DNA of 10,766 nucleotides from Polyangiaceae bacterium (GTDB lineage: Bacteria; Myxococcota_A; Polyangia; Polyangiales; Polyangiaceae), in the NCBI GenBank assembly GCA_044376115.1, contig JBILLK010000062.1:1-10766 (forward strand), read 5' to 3'. The translations under genes were made by a program, and so were the position numbers. Position 1 is the first letter of the stretch; each line of letters starts with the position of its first letter. Positions 1 to 7,049 of the stretch are shown piece by piece. The notes under the pieces are model-generated. The model saw nothing but the letters and a program-made list of their open reading frames with translations, was not told the DNA's origin and searched no databases.

Positions 1-105
1 ACGAAGAATCCGCTCTCGGGACCTTCACGGGTGACGCTCAACAGCGCGCTTCAGGATGGGGCGATGTAACTATCGTTGTTGGGGAGATGTAACTGTCGCT
101 CAGCA
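1..105. mobile_element. Probable IS terminus with tandem subterminal repeats (IS21-like architecture)
   Basis: Two 19-bp direct repeats, TGGGGCGATGTAACTATCG (57-75) and TGGGGAGATGTAACTGTCG (80-98), 17/19 identical with 23-bp period, then CA at 104-105. The IS3 reading frame is open only downstream (TAA at 90-92). Family is inferred from end architecture alone. Confidence 0.4.
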
Positions 106-107
106 TC

Positions 108-239
108 TCGTTCGAAGCAGGCCAGTTTGCGCTCAAGAAGCACATCGATTGGTACAACACTACCCGTCGGCACAGCTTCAATTCAGGCATGAGCCCAATC
201 AAGAAAGAGCTTGCGGCATACACGCGTATAGCCGCATAG
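108..239 (+). pseudogene. C-terminal fragment of an IS3-family transposase (integrase-core tail)
   Basis: Frame +3, not in the ORF track: SFEAGQFALKKHIDWYNTTRRHSFNSGMSPIKKELAAYTRIAA*. Matches the IS3 OrfB tail motif YNxxRxHSxxxxxSP. Lower GC than its neighbours. Confidence 0.75.
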
Positions 240-240
240 A

Positions 241-268
241 TGTGGACCCCGAAAGCGGATCAGGTCCA
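241..268 (+). repeat. IS3-family right terminal inverted repeat
   Basis: TGTGGACCCCGAAAGCGGATCAGGTCCA follows the stop codon and ends in CA (TGGACCTGATCC... read inward). IS91-like transposase homology starts at the next base, 269. Confidence 0.65.
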
Positions 269-888
269 CGTTGAGCCTGAGGGCGGAGTCGCCGCGTTGG
301 ATGACGCTGACCGCGCCGGTCAACGGAGTCGAGACCGAGGAGCGCCCTGGCGCGTCGCTTGTACGAGCGACTGACAAGGGTGACGAAGGCCTCGAGCACC
401 TCGGCGCAGAGTCGCTTGTCGTAGCCCAAGAGCACGCGCAGCCTCCACGGCAGCGAGCAGACCCACTGGCGGACCGGCACCTCGGGGATGACCTTTCGGG
501 CGAGATGCAGCGCGGTGTCCGCCATGCGGCGGCCGAGGCAAGACGAGCAGAATCCTCGGCGCTTGCAGCTGAACGCGACGAGCCGCTCGAACCGGAGTGG
601 ACGGAGTCCACGAAGTGGACGGAGTCCAGGGAGGTCTACGGAGCGAAGCGCAGTGAAGCCGCATCGCTCGCACCCGACGCGCACGCAGCCATGCTCGAGC
701 AGGCCGCAGCGCAGGTACTCCTCGACCTCGCGCACCACGAAGGACGGCAGTCCGCCAGCCGCCTCGGCGCGCTCTTGGAGCTCGCTCCAGTGCGCCGCGA
801 TCGTGCGGTAGAGCACCGTCTCCTCGGGACGATGACGCTCGTAAGGGCGGAGACGAGCCGCGTTGCTGCCTGGGGCGTGCTGAGCCAC
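269..888 (-). pseudogene. IS91/ISCR-like transposase copy A, N-terminal zinc-binding part only
   Basis: YERHRPEETVLY, YLRCGLLEHG, CERC...AFSCKRRGFCSSC, PVRQWVCSLP. 11-bp frameshifting deletion near 318-324 relative to copy B. Cut by the IS3 end at ...ALRLN, just before the HUH motif. Confidence 0.9.
589..654. repeat. 66-bp in-frame palindromic insertion, copy 1
   Basis: Adds TALRSVDLPGLRPLRGLRPLRF between CERCGF and ERLVAFSC. Core GTGGAC-GGA-GTCCAC-GAA-GTGGAC-GGA-GTCCA (597-628). GAA at both junctions (589-591, 655-657). Confidence 0.8.
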
Positions 889-903
889 GACCGCACGGGC
901 TGA

Positions 904-918
904 GGAAGCTCCGTGCCA
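904..918 (-). promoter_or_regulatory. Conserved upstream motif resembling a sigma54 -24/-12 promoter (copy A)
   Basis: TGGCACG-GAGC-TTCC; counterpart GGGCACG-ACTC-TTCC at 2727-2741. Both are separated from the GTG start by 15 bp. The -12 box is TTCC, not the consensus TTGC. Confidence 0.3.
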
Positions 919-980
919 CCTGGGGACGCAGGCATTCCCCTCGAATCAGCACCTCACCGGCTGGCGGACGCGGCGCGCAG

Positions 981-994
981 GGTGGCGGCCGCCA
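981..994. repeat. Conserved palindrome upstream of transposase A; candidate terIS
   Basis: TGGCGGCCGCCA (983-994) is a perfect palindrome. GGTGGCGGCCGCC recurs at 2805-2817 at the same distance (93 vs 94 bp) from the start codon of copy B. Confidence 0.4.
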
Positions 995-1051
995 GTCCGC
1001 GCGACCCCAAACCTGTGGCAAGCTCCGCTACGGCGTCCCCACCCCGACGGC

Positions 1052-1069
1052 GGATAGGGAATTTAAACC
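1052..1069 (-). mobile_element. oriIS-like end of IS91/ISCR-like copy B
   Basis: GGTTTAAATTCCCTATCC ends 220 bp past the transposase stop. 16/18 identical to 7254-7271 and resembles the TTCCTAT-type oriIS of IS91/ISCR elements. Confidence 0.8.
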
Positions 1070-1178
1070 GGGGTCGAGCCCGAGCTCGGCGCCGGAAGAT
1101 GCAGGTCCGAGCGACTGCGGTCCTCGTCGGTCAGCCGTTGTGGGCACCCGGGGCTGCCTACGGGGGCGGTCAGGGGCG

Positions 1179-1216
1179 CGGCTGCGGGTTCGGGACCGCC
1201 GAAGCACCCGCAGCCG
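1179..1216. repeat. Long GC-rich hairpin between transposase B stop and oriIS
   Basis: 11-bp perfect stem CGGCTGCGGGT (1179-1189) / ACCCGCAGCCG (1206-1216) with extra internal pairing; no T-tract. Confidence 0.55.
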
Positions 1217-1635
1217 GAGCGTGCGGATGGAGCTTCGCCCTGACCGCGCCATCGAGTGCAGCAGGCCGTGCTCACCACTTGGGGAGCGCGAGTCGGAGCT
1301 GGCCTTTCGGCGACGGCCTGGGCGGCGGTCTCGGGCCGAGGCCGTGCTTCGCGAGCAGCCTCGCGATGGCGTCGGGCTTGGTCGCGGCCTCGAGCCAGCG
1401 GGTAGCGCCGCCGCATCGCGGGCACGTCGAGACGTCGATCTCGAACACGTGACGCAGCAGCCAAGCCCACGGCTTCCTGCGGGGCTCGGGTGCGAGCACG
1501 TCGAGGTTTCTGTCGGCGCTCCCATCCTGCTGCGCGAACAGAGGAAGCTGCACGGGCAGCTCCTCGACGTGGGGCACCATCTCGGCGCGCACCTTCGCAT
1601 GCGAGCTGAGCACGCCGTGGTAGCGGATCATGTGG

Positions 1636-1668
1636 CTGTTCCCATGGTCCGCAAGGGATTGCGGACGG
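1636..1668. repeat. 33-bp hairpin insertion in transposase B
   Basis: Replaces AGGTT of copy C (PPP-RF-HMIRY). Contains GTCCGCAA-GGGA-TTGCGGAC (1647-1666). Net +28 bp. Confidence 0.8.
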
Positions 1669-2414
1669 CGGCGGCGGGATCAGCGCGCAGACCCTCGCGA
1701 GCCGATCGAGCGGCTCGAGGACCAGCGCAACGGTGCCGTCGCGCCACGGCCGCTTCAGCGTGTAACGCAGCTTGCCGTTCGCCGTCTCTTCGAGCCGCTC
1801 CTGGGCGATGGGTGGCCTGCAGAGGTACCTGCACAGTCGCTCGAGCTGGGCTCGGTCGCGCGCCGGGACGGCGACGTCGGCGTGCACGTTGAACCCGCCG
1901 CTCTCGCCCACGCGCTCGGACTTGCGGGCGCGTGCCGGGTCGACCACGCGCAGCGCTGCGCGGTTCTCGCGGCGACGTCGGAGATCTCCTCCGCGCTCGG
2001 CGCGGCAAGCGCGTGGAAGACCAGCTCGCCGCTGCCCGGCGAGCGGACGTAGACCCCATCGAGCACGATGACGTGGAAGCGGACGTTGAGCCGGAGGGCC
2101 GAGTCACCGCGCTGGATGACGCTGACGGCGCCGGTGAGCGCATCGTCGACGGACGACAGTCCGAGCAGGGCCTTCGCGCGGCGCTTGTAGGCGCGGCTCA
2201 GCTCGAGGACGAACACCTCGAGCACCTCGGCGCAGAGCCGCTTGTCGTAGCCCAAGAGCACGCGCAGCCTCCACGGCAGCGAGCACACCCATTGCCGCAC
2301 GGGCACCTCCGGGAAGACTCTCTCCACGAGGTGCAGCGCCGTGTCCGCCATGCGCCGGCCGAGGCAAGACGAGCAGAATCCTCGGCGCTTGCAGCTGAAC
2401 GCGACGAGCCGCTC

Positions 2415-2480
2415 GAACCGGAGTGGACGGAGTCCACGAAGTGGACGGAGTCCAGGGAGGTCTACGGAGCGAAGCGCAGG
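2415..2480. repeat. 66-bp in-frame palindromic insertion, copy 2
   Basis: 65/66 identical to 589-654 and at the same position in the zinc-binding domain. Confidence 0.8.
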
Positions 2481-2804
2481 GAAGCCGCACCGCTCGCACC
2501 CGACGCGCACGCAGCCGTGCTCCAGGCGGCCGCAGCGCAGGTACTCCTCGACCTCGCGCACGACGAAGCGCGGCAATCCGCCGGCCTCCTCGGCGCGCTC
2601 GCGAAACGCGGGCCAGTGCGCCTCGATCGTCCGGTAGAGCACCGTCTCTTCGGGGCGGTGGCGCTCGTAGCCCCCCTGGGCGTGGTCGTGAGAGAGAGCG
2701 CGCTGAGCCACGGGCGCGCCGGCTCAGGAAGAGTCGTGCCCGCATGCGCCTCACCCGCTTCATGCGAGTTTGCCGCGTGATCGGCGAACGTGGCGACGCC
2801 CACA

Positions 2805-2839
2805 GGTGGCGGCCGCCGGGCGGCCACGTGGCGGCCGCC
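2805..2839. repeat. Duplicated GTGGCGGCCGCC motif upstream of transposase B; candidate terIS
   Basis: Motif at 2806-2817 and 2828-2839; shared with copy A upstream region where flanking sequence has otherwise diverged. Confidence 0.4.
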
Positions 2840-2921
2840 GCCTCCCCGCCTCGCCTCGGCGTTTCGGTGTGTCAGCAGGCAGCCGGAAGGCGCGCCTTTG
2901 CAGAGAGCGCGCAATGCGGGC

Positions 2922-2995
2922 CTACACCCGCGGCACGCCGGGCGCGTCGGCCAGCTTCACGAGGATGCGGCCCTCCTCGCGGAAGCGGGCGAGGA
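2922..2995 (-). pseudogene. Small fragment resembling a Ser/Thr protein kinase (subdomains III-IV)
   Basis: LLARFREEGRILVKLADAPGVPRV* resembles RFxxExxxLxxLxHPxIxxV. Similarity begins at the IS66-like GTAA end. Only ~24 aa. Confidence 0.4.
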
Positions 2996-3165
2996 GTAAC
3001 CGTACGGCCAGGAACGTGCCCTCATGAGCGATCCGGTCTGCGATCGTCGGTGCATGGCGAAGGCACACAGTCACGAGTTCTGGGAGAGGTTGGCTCGTGA
3101 GGTCCGAGCTGGGGGGCGACAGGTCGACGTGGCGCGCCGTCACGGGGTGTCGACATCGAGCGCGG
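2996..3165 (+). mobile_element. IS66-family left end with truncated TnpA-like HTH ORF
   Basis: Starts GTAACCG (IS66 ends typically begin GTAA). ATG at 3054 gives MAKAHSHEFWERLAREVRAGGRQVDVARRHGVSTSS, an HTH-like sequence. No tnpB/tnpC follows; right boundary approximate. Confidence 0.55.
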
Positions 3166-3241
3166 CGAATTCTTCTCGGTGGTCGAAGCGCCGACGCCCG
3201 GAGAGAGCCTCCGGGCGTCGATCGGCTTGGTTCGGGAAGCG

Positions 3242-4870
3242 TCAGTTCCCGAGGGGGAGCGCGTCGGTGAAGTCCTCGATGACCGGGGTGCGCGTCGCGT
3301 TCGTGGCGCAGTGCACGTTGCCGAGGTTGTGCTGGTAGACCGCGTCTTCGATCCACTCGATAGTGAGGCCGAGGGTAGCGAGCCGCGACGTCGTCACGTC
3401 GCGCTCTGGAGCGAGATAGTCCGTCTTGCCTGCCGCGTAGCGTCCCCCGCCGAGGTAGACGCCGTTTATCGGGTTCGACCAGTCGTTGTGGCCGTTCGTA
3501 TAGAGGAGCGGCAGCTCGACGATGTCGGCGCGCGTGAGCCCGACCGCCGCGAGGACACCTTCGTAAGCGATGGTCTTACCGCCGACGACGTAGGAACCAC
3601 CGTCCAGCGACTTGTCGATTTTCGCTTGGATGCCCTTGTTGTATTGCCCATAGTACGCGGGATAGAGCTTGCCCGCCTCGCGGGGGCTCGCGACGAGCAT
3701 CTTCGGCTTGCCGTTCGCGCCGGGGACGAAGGTGAGGATCTCGTCGACGTGCTTGATGGTGAGCCAGCTCGTGTCGATCCAGAAAGGCTTCTGAACCTCT
3801 TGGGCCTCGAAGAAGGCCACGACGTCGGGATGGAGCTTCATGCCCGTCGACGTGTTGTGCCCGTAGTAGACGCGGCCGAGCGGCCAAGCCGGAGTCGGCG
3901 GGCTCACCTCGAGGTTGCCATACCAATCGACCCAGGCGTCTCCGCCCAGCGTGCTTCTCGGCGCACCCACGACGAGGTAGCCCATGTTCGGTCCACGGAG
4001 CTTGGCGGCGTATGAGTCCGCCCCGCGATTCGCGCGCAGCGCCACGTGCATGGGCGACCGCCCCGGCAGCTGCGCGTAGCCGATCTCCAAGGTGTCCTGC
4101 ATCCACATCTCCTGCCACTTCGAGGTCACGTACGGCGTCTTCACGGTCGTCCCCGCGCGCCCTGCGGCGGCCTTCAGATCGGCGATGAAGCCTGCGTTCG
4201 AGTAGGCGCCCGTCGCGACGTGGATGGCCGTGGGCGTCGCCGAGCTCGGCAGGAGCAACATCGGCGCGACGCGCAGGACGACCACGTCTTTCGCGATCGC
4301 CACCCCGTTCTGATCGAGGGCCGAGAACTCGTAGGTGATCCGGCCATTCCAGTCGCCGGCGGCAAAGCGCTTCGCCTCGACCCCGAACTCGAGGTTCGCC
4401 TTCGCAGGGACGAAGCCGTTGACGACGGTCGCGGCGCCGCCGTCGATCGAGTACACTCGCGCATAGCCACCTCCTCCCAGGGACTTCACCGAGACGTTCT
4501 TCGCCGACCCGAGCACGCTCGAGCCCAGGGCGACCCGGATCGTCGCGAGGTCGTCGCGGTCGGCACCCGTCGACACGTCGTCTTCCGCGTCGGACTTGCC
4601 GTTGCTGTCGTCGTCGTCGATGTTGGGCAGGACGAACGCCCCACGCGACCAGTCGAACGCGCCACGCCCGTTCCGGTCCCCGTTGTCCACCACCCCGTCG
4701 CGGTTGGTGTCGGCGACCGCGACGAGCTTGGTCGCGTCCACGGTCAGGGGAGCGTCGGACTTGAGCGTATCCTCCAGCTCGCCGACGTCCGCGCCTGGAG
4801 CACAGCCCAAGGCCAGAGAGGCGAGCAAAACCAGAAGGACGGAGAGCGGGGAGGACCGATGCATTCGCAT
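3242..4870 (-). CDS. Protein-arginine deiminase (PAD/PADI family) lipoprotein
   Basis: WMQD, GNLEVSPP, WLTIKHVDE and GNVHCATN match the animal PAD active-site motifs (Asp, His, Asp, Cys all present). Acidic Ca-binding-like loops DTNRDGVVD and NIDDDDSNGKSD. Lipobox LALGC. Start moved to ATG 4870 (or 4864) from the signal peptide and promoter position. Confidence 0.92.
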   Translation of the reverse strand: MRMHRSSPLSVLLVLLASLALGCAPGADVGELEDTLKSDAPLTVDATKLVAVADTNRDGVVDNGDRNGRGAFDWSRGAFVLPNIDDDDSNGKSDAEDDVSTGADRDDLATIRVALGSSVLGSAKNVSVKSLGGGGYARVYSIDGGAATVVNGFVPAKANLEFGVEAKRFAAGDWNGRITYEFSALDQNGVAIAKDVVVLRVAPMLLLPSSATPTAIHVATGAYSNAGFIADLKAAAGRAGTTVKTPYVTSKWQEMWMQDTLEIGYAQLPGRSPMHVALRANRGADSYAAKLRGPNMGYLVVGAPRSTLGGDAWVDWYGNLEVSPPTPAWPLGRVYYGHNTSTGMKLHPDVVAFFEAQEVQKPFWIDTSWLTIKHVDEILTFVPGANGKPKMLVASPREAGKLYPAYYGQYNKGIQAKIDKSLDGGSYVVGGKTIAYEGVLAAVGLTRADIVELPLLYTNGHNDWSNPINGVYLGGGRYAAGKTDYLAPERDVTTSRLATLGLTIEWIEDAVYQHNLGNVHCATNATRTPVIEDFTDALPLGN

Positions 4871-4883
4871 GCGGCCTATGTAG

Positions 4884-4899
4884 GCAACAGGCGCGCCAA
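4884..4899 (-). promoter_or_regulatory. sigma54 (-24/-12) promoter of the PAD gene
   Basis: TTGGCGCG-CCTG-TTGC with exact GG-N10-GC spacing, 13 bp before ATG 4870. Confidence 0.7.
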
Positions 4900-5164
4900 G
4901 TAGGCGCCGCGGTTTCTCTTGTCGTATTTTCAGGGACTTAGAGAAGGGGAATGGAACCACCGGATCCTGGGAGCCCGCTGGGCGCGATCAGGAGTGGATC
5001 CGTGGGATCCATCCCTCACTCGGGTCCTTTCAGAGCTTCCGTCTCGAGGAGCGCGTGGTGGACCTCGGCGTCGATGGGCGGTGGCGGCGCAAGCTGCGGC
5101 TGAGAATCACTCGTAGGCTCTTCGGTCGAGCGTCCGACGCGGAGCGACGAGTGGCGCGCGCTCG

Positions 5165-6257
5165 TTACTCGAGCGTCAAGCTGCGGGTGAGCGTACCGCG
5201 CAGAGTGCCGTCCGCGTTGAAGGTACGAATGGTGAAGTTCCGCGGTCCGAGCTGGCTGAACTTCGAGCGCACGCCCAGGCGAGTCGAGCGCTTCGTCCCG
5301 CTGACGGAGTCGGTCAAGAGAAATCCATCCGCCCGCACCTCGATCGACGCAACGCCCGCGGGAGCGCGCTCCAGACCAATCTCGTAGAGCGCCTCCCCCA
5401 TCTGCTTGATGTAGACGGCGGACCCGCCAGTGACGTCGATCGATCCGATCCCGCGAGCGACTTCCTGGTTGGTGTCGTCGAAGCCCACGACCTCGAAGAA
5501 CCGGCCGTTGCCGTCGCTAGAAAACGTGTAAGAGTCAGGGAAGTTCGAGCCGTCGGCCTTCGTCGCGTTGCCGACGTCGAAGCCGTCGACCTTGTATTGG
5601 ACTGACGCGACGGTCGACGGCCCCAGCGCGCGCAGCTCGTAGCTGCCATTGGGCTGGCGCGCCCAATACACCTCGAGCGGCACGAGATCGGCAGCGGTCC
5701 AGAAGCCTACGCCGCCGGGCTCGGAGATCGCGAGGTTCAGCCCTTCGGTGTAGGTCGAATAGCGAGGCCCCCCGCAGCTCCAGTTGGGCTGGCAGCCGTT
5801 GTAGAGGCGCACCACGGTCTTGATCCAGTGGTCCCGCTTGACCGAGTCCTTAGGGTCGAACGAGTTGATCCAGGCGAGCGCTTTGGCGTCGGTCCCGGCG
5901 TTGGTCGTGTAAATCGAGTTCTTAACCATGTCGACGACGTAGTCGACCGCGTGGCCCATCTGGCCATCGATCGTGAGCACGCTCGAACCGTAGAGAGCAA
6001 GCGTCTGGTTGAACGTGCCCGCGTCGAACTGGAACAGCCCGAGGCCACCCTCTTGAATCGCGCAAGGCCCGTCCCCCGAGCCCGCGATCACCGGCCCGCC
6101 GTTGCAGTCGGCCGAGGCCGGGCCCTTGCACGCCCAAGTAGCTTCCGACCAGCACATCACCAGGCCCGTCTCCGAGTTGGCGATGCCGGCAAACAGGTAC
6201 CCGGCTTTCGTTACGCCGCGGGTGCGCAGAGCATCGCGAATCTGCGCGTAACGCGGC
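5165..6257 (-). pseudogene. 5'-truncated protein with lysozyme-like N-terminal domain and two beta-rich (Ig-like) repeats
   Basis: GIANSETG...GGLGLFQF recalls the lysozyme/transglycosylase Glu and GLxQ motifs; Cys-rich. Two related C-terminal units (VASVQYKVDGF / VASIEVRADGF). No signal peptide; the start of ORF 5165-6283 lies in antisense transposase C sequence. Confidence 0.6.
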
Positions 6258-7049
6258 CGCCACGGCCGCACCGTCGACGGCACCGGCGAGAGCGACGCCG
6301 AGGAGCCTCACGGCGAGCAGCTCGCGCTCGCGGCGCTCTGCGGCGCGGCCGCCGCGGGTCACGGTCTCGCCGGCGATCGCGCGGGCGAGCCGCTGCTGCG
6401 TGTCGTCGACTCGGCCCGTGCCCGAAAGACCGAGCGTGTGGGCGAGAGCGGGGGGTTCAACGTGCACGCCGACGTCGCCGTCCCGGCGTGCGACCGAGCT
6501 CGTCTCGAGCACGTCTGCCGTTACGTGTGCCGACCACCGATCGCCCAGGAGCGGCTTGAAGAGACGCCGAGCGGCAAGCTTCGCTACGTGCTGAAGAGGC
6601 CCTGGCGGGACGGTACCGTCGCGCTCGTGCTCGAGCCCCTCGATCTGCTCGCCAGGGTCTGCGCGCTCATCCCGCCGCCGAGGTTCCACATGATCCGCTA
6701 CCACGGCGTGCTCAGCTCGCATGCGAAGGCGAGGGCCGAGGTCGTGCCCCACGTCGAGGAGCCTGCCGTGCAGCTTCCCTTGTTTGTGCGAGACACGACC
6801 ACGGAAAGAGACCCCGACGTCCTCGCACCCGAGCCGCGCAAAAAGCCGTGGGCGTGGCTGCTGCGCCACGTCTTCGAGATCGACGTGTCGACGTGCCCGC
6901 GCTGCGGCGGCCCGACCCGCTGGCTCGAGGCGGCGACCAAGCCCGACGCCATCGCGAGGTTGCTCGCGAAGCATGGCCTCGGCCCGCGGCCGCCTCCTCG
7001 GAGGTCGGCACCCCGAGGGCAGCTGCGGCTCGCGTTCCCTGGCGCGTGA
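6258..7049 (+). pseudogene. IS91/ISCR-like transposase copy C, C-terminal half only
   Basis: Frame open after TAA 6249-6251: RHGRTVDG...LRVVDSARARKTERVGESGGFNVHA...HVCRYVCRPP...PPPRFHMIRYHG...CPRCGG. Lacks the zinc-binding and HUH regions but retains most of the segment deleted from B. Confidence 0.9.

Larger units (their letters stand above)
1272..2711 (-). pseudogene. IS91/ISCR-like transposase copy B, nearly full length, split over three frames
   Basis: Zinc-binding domain, HUH region (NVRFH), GFNVHA, RLCRYLCRPPIAQERL, IPPP/HMIRYHGVL and WAWLLRHVFEIDVSTCPRCGG. Frameshifted by an internal deletion at ~1953 and by an insertion at 1636-1668. Confidence 0.92.

Noticed and set aside
242..269. 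GTGGAC...GTCCAC in the IS3 end as a relative of the 66-bp insert
   Set aside because: Only a 6-bp match, partly formed by the junction; the IS3 inverted repeat explains the sequence.
592..628. Tandem GTGGACGGAGTCCA units as a mini CRISPR array
   Set aside because: No unique spacers, period far too short and no cas genes.
1630..1960. Programmed frameshifting in transposase B
   Set aside because: Comparison with copy C shows a real deletion and a real insertion; no slippery sequence.
271..2780. Long + strand ORFs such as 271-903, 1140-1892 and 1932-2780
   Set aside because: Antisense shadows of transposase sequence in high-GC DNA; no recognisable domains.
3179..4903. ORFs 3179-4015 and 4046-4903 on the + strand
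   Set aside because: Antisense to the well-supported PAD gene.
4871..4960. 30-aa N-terminal extension of PAD in the ORF track
   Set aside because: It overlaps the sigma54 promoter and precedes the signal peptide.
4995..5011. TGGATCC-GTG-GGATCCA palindrome as enhancer site or terminator
   Set aside because: Position about 100 bp upstream of the sigma54 promoter is plausible, but it is short, has no T-tract and has no independent support.
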